Part shown: positions 1-11,100 of the stretch, in pieces
Layout of the letters: each line of letters begins with the position of its first letter
Numbering within the stretch: the stretch's first letter is position 1
Notes under the pieces: model-generated
The model's database searches: none
What the model was told of the DNA's origin: nothing
The model's input: only the letters and a program-made list of their open reading frames with translations
Source: Ornithinibacter sp.
GTDB taxonomy: Bacteria; Actinomycetota; Actinomycetes; Actinomycetales; Dermatophilaceae
Length of the DNA: 64,000 bases
Assembly: GCA_035703305.1 (NCBI GenBank)
Contig: DASSYJ010000125.1
Span: 8,013 to 72,012, forward strand
Direction of reading: 5' to 3'
Position numbers and translations under genes: made by a program

Positions 1-626
1 CGGCGGCGGCCTGCGGTGTGCGTGACGTCGAGGAGCTGGCCCTCGACGAGCTCGACGGCCATGAGCCGCCAGGCACCCCGGACCGGTCGTGGGGTCGACG
101 CGATGAGCAGGGTGGCCTCGCTCAGGGCGAGGTCGGACACGAGGGTCGCGACGCTGTCGCCGAAGAGCGGGGCGTCGCCGAGGCCACCGGCCCGACGATG
201 GCGGTCGGCGGCGACGACGTGGAGGGTGGGACGCCCGCGGCGGGAGGCCGAGCGGTCCATGACGTCGTCCTGGATCAGCGCGAACAGGTGGAGCAGCTCG
301 AGGGCGGCCGCGACCCGGACGAGGGCGGAGTGGGTGTCGGGGCGGCCGCCGGCGAGGGCCCAGCCCCAGTGGGCGATCACCGGACGGAGGCGCTTGCCGT
401 GGTTGCGGGTGCGGTCGGCGAGCTCACCCACGAGGTCGACGCCGAGGGGGCCGGGTTCGGGCTCGGGCCCGGTCGTGGGCGCGCCCTCCGTCGCGGCGCG
501 GACGAGGGACTCGCTCAGCTCGACGAACGTCGTCTCGAGGAGGGAGTCGGTCTCGGCGAGGGTGCTCTCGACCGCGGGCGAGCGGCGCCGCACGTCGAGG
601 TCAAGGGAGGTCACCTCGGCACTCAT
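1..626 (-). CDS. Polyprenyl diphosphate (GGPP) synthase, CrtE/IdsA-like; runs off the left edge
   Basis: Hand translation from ATG at 626 (not in the ORF track): MSAEVTSLDL...HGKRLRPVIAHWGW...ALELLHLFALIQDDVMDRSASRRGRPT...VEGQLLD, with the GKRLRP, first aspartate-rich DDxxD and GQxxD motifs. Confidence 0.9.
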   Translation of the reverse strand, partial: MSAEVTSLDLDVRRRSPAVESTLAETDSLLETTFVELSESLVRAATEGAPTTGPEPEPGPLGVDLVGELADRTRNHGKRLRPVIAHWGWALAGGRPDTHSALVRVAAALELLHLFALIQDDVMDRSASRRGRPTLHVVAADRHRRAGGLGDAPLFGDSVATLVSDLALSEATLLIASTPRPVRGAWRLMAVELVEGQLLDVTHTAGRR

Positions 627-692
627 CGCTCAACCGCCTTGCCCCGCGCTCGTGGGCCTCGATTCAACCAGAGGCCTCCATGGTCGGCACCA

Positions 693-734
693 CCTTAGAC
701 AAGGGGTGGACGCGGCGGCCAGAACCTTAGACAA
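693..734. promoter_or_regulatory. Direct repeat CCTTAGACAA x2 upstream of the polyprenyl synthase; candidate operator
   Basis: Identical AT-rich 10-mers at 693-702 and 725-734. Confidence 0.5.
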
Positions 735-773
735 AGTCTGACCACTCGCGCCCGCGTGACGCGTCGCCGCGAC

Positions 774-854
774 CCGGACCGTTCGAGAGGAGGCAACACG
801 CACACGTCCGCGGGGGCGGCCTCTGCGTGTTGCCTCACCTCGACGGGTGGTCCG
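774..854. repeat. Intergenic REP-like inverted repeat
   Basis: GAGGCAACACGCA (790-802) pairs with TGCGTGTTGCCTC (824-836); outer CCGGACC/GGTCCGG arms extend the stem. Confidence 0.6.
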
Positions 855-1001
855 GCGGCTCCCACGGCGTCCGGCCCTGAGATGTGGCCCGGTCGGAGGA
901 TACGGGCACCCTCCGGGAGGCCGGTCGTCGCTTCGCGGTGACACTGTCGGTGGGCGGGCGTAGCGTCGGCGGGATCCGACACGACAGACCTGGAGGCGAC
1001 C

Positions 1002-1421
1002 ATGGCCGCACGGCTCAACCCCTACCTGACCTTCCCCGGCACCGCCCGCGAGGCGATGACCTACTACCAGCAGGTGCTCGGAGGTGACCTGACGATCTCG
1101 ACGTTCGGAGAGTTCGGCCAGGACGGTCCCGGCTCCGACGGCGTCATGCACGCCCAGCTCGAGACGCCCGACGGCTTCGTCCTCATGGCCTCCGACACCG
1201 CACCCGGCCAGGAGGAGGGTTTCACCCGCGGCGACCAGATGACCGTGAGCCTCAGTGGCGACGACGAGTCCCTGCGCCGCTACTGGGACGGGCTCGCCGA
1301 CGGGGGCACCGTGGCCATGCCCCTCGAGAAGCAGATGTGGGGCGACGAGTTCGGCATGCTCACCGACCGGTTCGGCGTCCCGTGGATGGTCAACATCGGC
1401 TCGGGGTCAACCGACTCCTGA
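1002..1421 (+). CDS. VOC family protein (PhnB/glyoxalase-like)
   Basis: LNPYLTFPGTAREAMTYYQQVLGG, VMHAQL, WGDEFGMLTDRFGVPWMVN; GGAGG RBS. Confidence 0.9.
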   Translation: MAARLNPYLTFPGTAREAMTYYQQVLGGDLTISTFGEFGQDGPGSDGVMHAQLETPDGFVLMASDTAPGQEEGFTRGDQMTVSLSGDDESLRRYWDGLADGGTVAMPLEKQMWGDEFGMLTDRFGVPWMVNIGSGSTDS

Positions 1422-2810
1422 CACCGCCCGCTCGAGCTCGTCCAGGGCCTCGCCGGTGTGCACGGCGAGGCGCTGGAGGTGCGGCAGAGCGTCGCGGTCG
1501 CCGACGAAGCCCACGTCGAGCATCCCGGCATACGAGTGGGCCGTGATGTTGAGCGCCATCGAGTGGCCCGGGATCGAGACCGGGTACGTGGAGTCGAGGC
1601 GGGCGCCGCGCAGGTAGAGGTGCTCCTTCGGGCCGGGCACGTTGGAGATGCAGACGTTGAGGGTCAGCGGCACCGGACCGGGGATGCCGCTCATCGCCTT
1701 GACGACCTGCATCGCCGCGGGGGCGAGGAGCAGGGCGCTGTAGGCGATGACGGAGTCGGCGGACATGCCCCGCATCCGGGCCTTCGCGGCCCGAGCCGAC
1801 GCCGTGATCGCCGTGAGCCGGGCGAGGGGGTCCTCGACGTCCGTGGCGAGCGAGACGAGGGTGGCGCCCACGGCGTTGCCCCCGCCGTGGCTGTCCTGGG
1901 CGCGCACGTTGACCGGGACGAAGGCGATGAGGGGTCGCTCGGGAAGGGCGTCGAGGTCGGTGAGGAAGCGGCGCAGGCCGCCCGCGCAGATCGCCATGAG
2001 CACGTCGTTGAGCGTCGCGCCCCTCGCCCTCGCCACGGCGCGGAGGCGCTCGAGCTCGAACTCCTGGGTCGCGAACCGCCGGGCCCGCCCCACTCGCGAG
2101 TTGAGGATCGAGGACGGCGCCTGGTACGACGTCACGGCCCGGGTCGAGGTGCGTCCCCGCCGCAGCTGGGTGTCGACGAGGGCCCGCACGACCGACGGCA
2201 ACGCCCCGACCGAGTCGGCCAGGCCGCGCACGATCGAGGTCACGTCCCCGACGGGGTCGGCCTCCCTCGGGGCGCGCGGCGGCTTGACGAGGCTGAAGAA
2301 GAACGGGTGCTCGCGGTCGTCGGGGTCCGGGGAGAGACCGCGCTGGAGGATCCGCATCCCCGTGTAGCCGTCGACGAGGGAGTGGTGGATCTTCGTGTAG
2401 ATCGCGAACCCCCTGCCGCCCTCGAGCCCCTCGATGACGTGCATCTCCCACGGGGGCCGACGGAAGTCCAGGGCGTTGGAGTGCAGCCGCGACACGAGCA
2501 CCCCGAGCTCGCGCTCCCCGCCCGGGCTCGGCAGGGCCGAGTGGCGCACGTGGTAGTCGACGTCGAAGGCGTCGTCGACGACCCAGCGGTGCACGGGCTG
2601 GTGCATGAGCGAGCGGGTCTGCAGCCGCAGCGTCCACGGCTCCTCGAACGTCGCGGCCCGGAAGTCGTCCATGAGCCGCGGGAGGAAGGTGCCCTCCTCA
2701 CCGGGCGGGAAGGTGAAGTGGATGAGGGACGCCACGTGCATGAGCGTCTCGGGGGTCTCCCCCATGAGGAAGATCGCGTCGAGCGGAGTGGCCCAGCGGG
2801 ACCCCGCCAC
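1407..2810 (-). CDS. Wax ester synthase/diacylglycerol acyltransferase (WS/DGAT)
   Basis: PLDAIFLMGETPETLMHV N-terminus, catalytic HHSLVDG (HHxxxDG), ISNVPGP; GTG start chosen at 2810. Confidence 0.92.
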   Translation of the reverse strand: MAGSRWATPLDAIFLMGETPETLMHVASLIHFTFPPGEEGTFLPRLMDDFRAATFEEPWTLRLQTRSLMHQPVHRWVVDDAFDVDYHVRHSALPSPGGERELGVLVSRLHSNALDFRRPPWEMHVIEGLEGGRGFAIYTKIHHSLVDGYTGMRILQRGLSPDPDDREHPFFFSLVKPPRAPREADPVGDVTSIVRGLADSVGALPSVVRALVDTQLRRGRTSTRAVTSYQAPSSILNSRVGRARRFATQEFELERLRAVARARGATLNDVLMAICAGGLRRFLTDLDALPERPLIAFVPVNVRAQDSHGGGNAVGATLVSLATDVEDPLARLTAITASARAAKARMRGMSADSVIAYSALLLAPAAMQVVKAMSGIPGPVPLTLNVCISNVPGPKEHLYLRGARLDSTYPVSIPGHSMALNITAHSYAGMLDVGFVGDRDALPHLQRLAVHTGEALDELERAVSGVG

Positions 2811-2815
2811 CTCGC

Positions 2816-3763
2816 TCAGCCCGCCCTGCCGCGGGCCCGGCGGGCGTGCTCGTGGGTCTCGGTGGGCTCGATCGGGTCGACGGGGACGATCGGGTCGACG
2901 GGGGCCACCGGCACGATCGGGGTCGGAGGAGCGACCGGTGCGGCTGGGGCACCGGGTGCGGCCCCGGCATACGGCAGCCATGCCCCCTCCGGCTGGGCGA
3001 GCCGGTCGGCGATGATGCGCAGCGTCTCGTACTGGTGGCCGTAGCCGAGGTGGGTCGCGCGCACCTCGATGTTCTCGGTCTGCGGGGCGGGGTCCGAGAG
3101 GCAGCACTCCCACGCGACGATGCCGTCGTTGCGCGAGTAGATGCAGGTCGTGGGAACCGGCAGCGGGGCCGCCCGGGTCGCCAGGGCCTCCTCGGTGAAC
3201 ATCTTCTCGAGGTTGTGGCGGTTCATGAGGCGGTAGACCCGCCACGCGCGGGTGGATGCCGGGTGGCCGCGGAACGGGCTGCCGAGGGTGATGACCGCGC
3301 GGGTGTAGTCGGGCAGGGCGCGGGCCATCTCGCGGGCGTAGATGCCGCCGGCGCTCCAGCCGACGAGGCTCACCCGGCGCTCGTAGCGGTCGTGGATCTC
3401 GAGGAGGAGGTCCTCGAGGCGCTCGGCGAGCTCCGGGCTGGCCCCGAGGTTGCGGCCCTGGCGCCAGTCGTGGACGCGGTAGCCGAGCCGGCGCAGGTGG
3501 GAGCGGAGGAAGACGGTGGACTCCGGGCCGGCGAGGAAGCCGGGGAGCACGATCACCGGGTGGCCGTCGCCCTGCGGCCACTCGTGCAGGTCGCGGGTGC
3601 GCACCGCCGCCTGGGCGAGCTCGATGGCCATCCGCCACTCGCGGCGGGCCTGCCAGGCGGACGGCATGGGGACGCCCTCGGCGGTCGGGACGGCCAGGGA
3701 GGCACTGGGGGAGGCACCGGGGACGCCACCTGGGAGGTCGGGCAGGTCGAGGGGCTCTGGCAC
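2816..3763 (-). CDS. Alpha/beta-hydrolase (lipase/esterase)
   Basis: VIVLPGFL, nucleophile elbow GWSAGG, ITLGSP, YSRNDGIV, H catalytic residue; GAGGAGG RBS before GTG 3763; Pro-rich repeat tail. Confidence 0.85.
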   Translation of the reverse strand: MPEPLDLPDLPGGVPGASPSASLAVPTAEGVPMPSAWQARREWRMAIELAQAAVRTRDLHEWPQGDGHPVIVLPGFLAGPESTVFLRSHLRRLGYRVHDWRQGRNLGASPELAERLEDLLLEIHDRYERRVSLVGWSAGGIYAREMARALPDYTRAVITLGSPFRGHPASTRAWRVYRLMNRHNLEKMFTEEALATRAAPLPVPTTCIYSRNDGIVAWECCLSDPAPQTENIEVRATHLGYGHQYETLRIIADRLAQPEGAWLPYAGAAPGAPAAPVAPPTPIVPVAPVDPIVPVDPIEPTETHEHARRARGRAG

Positions 3764-4012
3764 GGCGTCCTCCTCGGGTCCCGGGCGTCGCTGACCCCGT
3801 CTGCCGAGGGACGCGACGCTGCGAAGGTGGCAGATTCGCAGTGTGACAGATGGGACGACGGGATGCCGGTCAAGCGCGCCGCGTCTCGCGGGCGCGGCCA
3901 CCCGGGCGGGGACGGGGATCACCCGGGCACCGGGAACACCGGCGGCCACTCGACCGGTTCATAGTGGTGGACCGGGTCACCTCCCGGGCCGACCGCACGA
4001 CAGGGGACTGCC

Positions 4013-4480
4013 ATGACCGCCACCGACCAGCTCCGCGCCGCCATCCGCGACCTCGAGGCCAAGGCCCGCGAGATGGAGCTCGACAAGAAGATCGAGACGT
4101 TCGCCGACCAGGCCGACCACTTCCTGCGCGTCGCCGCCACGCGGGCCGCCGACCTCGCGGCCGAGAACCGCGAGCGCATCGACGCCTCCCTGGCCAGGGC
4201 CGGCTCGGCCGTCGACAGCCGCACGGACGGCAAGTACGCCGACTACGTCGGCAAGGTCCGCTCCGGGCTGATGACCGGGGTCGACTGGGTCGCGGAGCAG
4301 CGCGAGGCGGGGCCCGCGGGCCCGGAGCAGACGGCGACCACCCCGACGGCGGATGCCGGTGCCGACCCCGTCGACGAGGCTCCAGCCAGTCATGGCGTCA
4401 CCGACGAGGGCGTGCCGAGCGAGGGCTCCTGGGCGCAGGCCACGGACACCGAGCCGCCGTCGAGGCCCTCGGACTCCTGA
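4013..4480 (+). CDS. Hypothetical protein with an Rv0909/MT0933-like antitoxin motif
   Basis: [22 protein letters not shown] resembles the 'DKAGDFVDEKTGGKY' motif of that family; AGGGG RBS. Confidence 0.55.
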   Translation: MTATDQLRAAIRDLEAKAREMELDKKIETFADQADHFLRVAATRAADLAAENRERIDASLARAGSAVDSRTDGKYADYVGKVRSGLMTGVDWVAEQREAGPAGPEQTATTPTADAGADPVDEAPASHGVTDEGVPSEGSWAQATDTEPPSRPSDS

Positions 4481-4541
4481 GTCGCCGGTCGACTCGGGCA
4501 CGCGGCGCCCTGTGGTGGGCTTCCCGGCATACCGTGGGGTG

Positions 4542-5936
<1,395 letters not shown>

Positions 5937-5976
5937 CCTCGTTCCGACGGTTCATCGCGGCGGGAGAGGCCTCGGG

Positions 5977-7548
5977 TCAGGACGTCGTCTGCCGGATCGT
6001 GACGACGACGAACTCCGCTCGCCTCAGCGGGGCGAACCCGACCACGATGTTCACGATCCCGTTGCCCTGGTCGACGGGCGTCGTGGTGTCCGCGTCGCAC
6101 GTGACGAAGTAGGCCTCGCTGGGCGTGGTGCCCTGGAACGCACCCTGGCGGAACAGGCTGTGGAGGAACTCACCGACGTGCAGCCTGATCTGGACCCACA
6201 ACGGCTCGGCGTTCGGCTCGAACACCACCCACCTCAGGCCACGGATGAGGCTCTCCTCGAGGAAGAGCGCGGTCCGGCGGACCGGTACGTACTTGAACTC
6301 GTCGGCCACCTCGTCCGCGCCCCGCATCGTCCGCGCGCCCCAGACGACGGTTCCGTGGGTCGGGAAGGTGCGCAGGGCGTTGACGCCGGCCCTGGTGAGG
6401 ACGCCGTTCTCCTCGTCGCTCACGGTGTCAGCCAGCCCGAGGATGCCGGTCAGCGTGGCCCCGGTGCCCGCCGGCGCCTTCCACACCCCGCGGTGCACGT
6501 CGGTGCGGGCGATGACGCCCGCGACCGCACCGCAGGTGGGGAAGGTGGCGAGCAGGCCACCTGCGGCCGGATCCGCGGTCCTGGTCCTCGGGTAGTAGAT
6601 CGCGGCGTTCCGCGCGGCGGTGCCCTCCAGGCCCAGAGTCGCCAGCATGCCGTCCGGATCGGTCACGAGGTCGTCGTGCGTCCAGGCCGAGGGACTGTCG
6701 ACGACGAGGAAGGCCCGCCGCTCCACGCAGTAGGCGAGCAGGTCGCCGAGTGCCGAGGGGCTGACGTCGTCGGTCGGTGCGCCACCGGGGACGCACACGA
6801 GGTTGACGAGGTCGATGCCGTCGAGGAGGTACTTGCCCGTGCGCGCGCCCCGGTCGCCCCGGTAGTCGTCGTCCGTCAGGTCCAGGCCGTCCGCGCCGGG
6901 GACGTCGACCCTGACGGTCGAGTCCGCCTGCTCCCAGGGGTCCGCCCCTGCCGCTGGAGCGGGTGTCGCGTCGGGTCGGGTCGGCGGGAGCCTGCTCGGG
7001 TCCGCGACCCGGACGAGGAGCGACTCCGCCTCGATCACCCGGTCGACGACGCGAGGGCTGCCCTTGACGGTGAGGTCGGCGAAGGTCTCCAGAGGGCCGT
7101 CGGGTCCGAGCCGGACGTGGAGCGTGAAGAGGTCCGCCTCGGTGAGGCCCCACGACTCGGCCAGCCCCGGCGACACCGTGTGGTCGACCCGGGCGAGGAG
7201 CGCGTCACCCCAGCGACCGGGCGACCTGGCCACCAGCCCGAGGCCGGGCGGCAGGGTCAGGCCCGCGCACCCGCTCGCGTGGTCGGGCGCACGGTAGAGG
7301 CGACAGATGACCGCCTCGGACCCTCCGTTGAGGAAGAAGTCGCGCACCGCGAAGCCCATGGCGTGCGCGGGGTCCAGCGGGCCGAACCGACCGGTGTACT
7401 CGGAGAGGCTGACGACCCGGACCGCCTCGTCGGTGGGCCCCTGGGGCGCGGTCCCCAGGAACGCGGTGACCGACGTGGCCACGGCCGTGATCGTGCGGTC
7501 CCCGCCGGCATCCTCCTCGATGAGGATGCGGGGGTACGAGCTGGTCAC
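5977..7548 (-). CDS. Contractile phage-tail sheath protein, eCIS/Afp-like; orphan
   Basis: YPRILIEE...TITAVATSVTAFLG, AVRDFFLNGG, GVIARTDVHRGVWKAPAG, VVWGARTM, YVPVRR, WVVFEPN, GFAPLRRAEFVV. Confidence 0.93.
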   Translation of the reverse strand: MTSSYPRILIEEDAGGDRTITAVATSVTAFLGTAPQGPTDEAVRVVSLSEYTGRFGPLDPAHAMGFAVRDFFLNGGSEAVICRLYRAPDHASGCAGLTLPPGLGLVARSPGRWGDALLARVDHTVSPGLAESWGLTEADLFTLHVRLGPDGPLETFADLTVKGSPRVVDRVIEAESLLVRVADPSRLPPTRPDATPAPAAGADPWEQADSTVRVDVPGADGLDLTDDDYRGDRGARTGKYLLDGIDLVNLVCVPGGAPTDDVSPSALGDLLAYCVERRAFLVVDSPSAWTHDDLVTDPDGMLATLGLEGTAARNAAIYYPRTRTADPAAGGLLATFPTCGAVAGVIARTDVHRGVWKAPAGTGATLTGILGLADTVSDEENGVLTRAGVNALRTFPTHGTVVWGARTMRGADEVADEFKYVPVRRTALFLEESLIRGLRWVVFEPNAEPLWVQIRLHVGEFLHSLFRQGAFQGTTPSEAYFVTCDADTTTPVDQGNGIVNIVVGFAPLRRAEFVVVTIRQTTS

Positions 7549-7582
7549 GGAGTGCTCCGTCGCGCCGGGTGCCTGATGACGG

Positions 7583-8071
7583 TCAGTGTGCCCCGAAGTC
7601 CACGGTGGTGTACCACTGCGTGCCACCGGGGTAGAGCAGCCCCACTCCCGCATGCGTGAACGCACAAGTCTCGATGATCGCCTTGTGGGGCGGGCTGTTC
7701 ATCCACCAGTCGATGGTGGCCTGCGGCGTGTTGCCCGGAGCTCCCGTGGCCCAGTACATGATCTCGCCGGTCCGGGACACGGGTGCGAAGCCGGCATCCC
7801 CGATGCGCTGAGGAGGAGTGCTCCCGTCGGACCCGAGGTGGTTGGGGTCGCTGCGGATCGCCGGGTTGTCGCGCATGTCCACGGCGTGGCGCTCGGCGGC
7901 CACCCGGAGCTGGTCGTTCCCCGTCACCGCGGGGCAGCCCACCGCGGCGCGCTTGCCGTTGATGAGGTCGAGGAGGTCCTGCCCCGGGACGCTGGAGGTT
8001 CCGGGGCAGGAGCTCGCGGTGGCGAGGACGGCTGCGGCGATGGCGATCGCGGCAGGGACGTGGCGGCGCAT
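7583..8071 (-). CDS. CAP/SCP domain protein, exported (possible lipoprotein)
   Basis: Hydrophobic signal ending ATASSC; LINGKRAAVGC, AAERHAVDM, HLGSDG, GEI, WMNSPPHKAII. Confidence 0.88.
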   Translation of the reverse strand: MRRHVPAAIAIAAAVLATASSCPGTSSVPGQDLLDLINGKRAAVGCPAVTGNDQLRVAAERHAVDMRDNPAIRSDPNHLGSDGSTPPQRIGDAGFAPVSRTGEIMYWATGAPGNTPQATIDWWMNSPPHKAIIETCAFTHAGVGLLYPGGTQWYTTVDFGAH

Positions 8072-8191
8072 GTCGACTCCCCTCAGTGGGTCGGTTCGTC
8101 ACAGAGGAGTCGAGCGCGCGTCGCGTGATACCGCCGAGGATCCGCGTCACCCCAGTGACGACGCGGAAGGCCTGCGCCCGGTCTGCTGGGC

Positions 8192-11100
8192 TCAGGTGTC
8201 GAGGAGCTCGCGAAGGTCGTCCGCAGTCAGCGCCGACGACAGTGCCGCCCCCTCGTCGACGACTCGCGCGAAGAGGTCACGCTTCCGCTCCTGCAGCGCG
8301 ACGACCTTCTCCTCGATGGTGTCCCTCGACACCAGGCGGTACACGTTGACCGGCCGGGTCTGGCCGATGCGGTGCGTCCGGTCGATGGCCTGCGCCTCGG
8401 CGGCAGGGTTCCACCACGGGTCGAGCACGAACACGTAGTCCGCCTCGGTGAGGGTCAGCCCGAAGCCGCCGGCCTTGAGCGAGATGAGGAACACGGGCGC
8501 CTCCCCCTCGCGGAAGGCCGCGATGCGGTCAGCACGGTTGCGGGTCGACCCGTCGAGGTACTCGTACGCGATGCCCTCCTCCTCGAGACGCCTCCGCACG
8601 ATGCCCAGGAACCCGGTGAACTGCGAGAACACCAGCGCCCGGTGGCCCTCCTGCGCCAGCTCCCCGAGCTGCTCGACCAACGCGTCGACCTTCGCCGACG
8701 GCGCCAACCCGGCGTACCCCTCGTCGACGAGCGACGGGTCCAGCGACATCTGCCGCAGCACCGTGAGGGCCCGCAGGATCGCGATCCGGTTGCCCTGCAC
8801 GTCGTCGATGAGCCCGAGCAGTCGCTGGCGCTCGCGCTGGAGGTGGCGGTCGTACACCGCCCGGTGCCGCGGGTGGAGGTCGACCGAGAGCACCTGCTCC
8901 TGCTTCGGGGGGAGCTCCGTCGCGACCGCCTCCTTGGTGCGGCGCAGCATCAGCGGCCGGATCCGACGACGCAGGGCCGCCAGCCGGTCGGCATCCCCGC
9001 CGCTCTCGATCGGCTTGGCCCACAGGTCCTTGAACAGCGCCGGACGCGGGTGCAGCCCGGGCGCCACGATCGACAGGAGCGACCACAGGTCCATGAGCGA
9101 GTTCTCGAGCGGCGTGCCGGTGATCGCGTACTTCGCCCGGGCCGTGAGCCGCCGCACCGCCTGGTAGGTCTTCGCCTGGTGGTTCTTGACGAACTGCGCC
9201 TCGTCGAGCACGACCGCTGCCCACGCCCGCGACCGGAAGGCGACCTCGTCGATGCGCACCACGGCATACGACGTGATGACGACCTGCGCCCCGGCAACGG
9301 CATCGTCCAGCCCCACCCCGGCCTTCGCCCGCGTGCGGTCGATGACGACGGTGCCCAGCCCCGGCGCGAACCGGGCCGCCTCGCCGGCCCACGTCGAGAG
9401 CACCGACGTCGGTGCGACGACGAGCACCGGGTCGGACAGCTCCCCGCGCTCCTGCGCCCGCTGGACCATCGCCAGCATCTGGAGGGTCTTGCCGAGGCCC
9501 ATGTCGTCGGCGAGCACCCCGCCGAGACCGCAGTCCCACAGCAGGGAGAGCCAGCGGAAGCCGTCGAGCTGGTAGGGCCGGAGGGTGGCCTCGAGACCCC
9601 GCGGCAGCTCGGCCGGCTCGACGGCGTCGAGGTCGAGCAGCGCCCCGACCGCCTCCGACCACCGGGCCGACTGCTGCTCCACGACCCCCAGCGCCGCGAG
9701 CTCCTCCCACAGCCCGGCGTGCACGACCGAGATGCGGAGGGGGTCGGACGGCTTGTCCTGGAGGGAGCGCGCCTCCTCGACGAGGGCCCGCAGCGCCTCG
9801 AGCTCGGGCCGGTCGAGGGCGAACCACGTGCCGCTGTCGAGGATGAGGTGCTCGTGCCCCCGGGCGAGGGCCTCGATGAGGGGGGCCAGGGGCACGTCCT
9901 CACCCGCGACGGTCACCGAGATGCCGAGGTCGAACCAGTCGGTGGGCGCGCCCTCGGCCGGGTCGGACGTCGAGACCTGGATGAGCGGGGCGTCGACGGC
10001 CTCGCTGTATGCCGCGGGCTCACCCACGACGGTCAGCTCCAGCGCGGGGTGCCCCTCCAGCGCCGGCAGGAGTGCCGCGAACGCCACCGTCGCGAACCCG
10101 TGGAGCCGGGTCTCCGGGATGAGCCGGCGCTGCCGAGCGACCACCTGCCAGAGGGGGTCGAAGGCCGCGACCTCCTCGATCGCCTGGAGCCCCTCGACCA
10201 GCGAGCGCTCCGCCATCCGGTCGCGCATGGGGTCGGGGTCCTCGGCCGCCATCGGGACGAACAGGCCGCCGTCGATGCTGCCGTAGCGGAACCCCCACTC
10301 GAGCTGCGCGCGGTGACCGGCCTCGAAGGTGGCGGTGAGGGCGAGCCGGGGTGCCACGGCATCCGGCAGCTCGAGGTCGGCCGACAGGCTGCGGACCCGC
10401 GCCTTCCGACGCAGCCCGGGCAGGTGGGTGACCGTGAAGCGGGCCCAGTCCGCCTCGGGCACCTCGACGACGCCGAGGTCGAGGAGCCGCTGGCGGGTGC
10501 CGTCGAGCGGCTCGGCGAGGGCGCCCAGCACGAGGGTCTGGCCGTCGCGCAGCCAGAACCCGGTGGCCGGCGAGCCCACGAGGCGGGTCTCGCCGACGGA
10601 CCCCGCGGGCAGGTCGAGCCGTGGGTGCAGCTCGGCCCCCTCCTCGGTGCGCACGACCTCGACGACGAGCTCGGCCGGGTCGGGCGCGAAGGCGACCTCG
10701 CCGCCCTCGCCGAGGTCCGTGAGCAGGCGCACCCCGGCCCGGTCGGCGGCGCGCAGCAGGGCGACCCAGCTCGGGCCGAGGTGGTCCAGGAGGATGGCGT
10801 CCGGCATCCGGCCGTACCCGAAGGCACGCACCGACCTACGGTGGGCGTCGGCGATCGCGGTGAGGGCGTCGCGGTGGTCGTCGGAGAAGGACACGCGGCC
10901 GAAGCCGTAGTAGCCGCCCGCGAACGTCTCCCAGGACACCCCCGTGCGGATCCAGCCGCCGCGGGCCCCGGGCACCACCGGGCGCACGCGCAGCTGCTCG
11001 CGGCTGGGGTCGGTGGCTCGTGAGCGGCCCGGCCCGGCCGTCGCGGTCTCGATGAGCAGCCCCACGGGGGAGTGCTCGGGCTCGGCCGAGCCTTCGTCGA

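Noticed and set aside
1407-3638. 743-aa WS/DGAT fusion from the ORF track
   Set aside because: The N-terminal part is an off-frame reading of the upstream hydrolase gene; recognisable WS/DGAT sequence starts near 2810
5977-8071. Prophage or complete contractile injection system
   Set aside because: No other structural, integrase, terminase or lysis genes in the window
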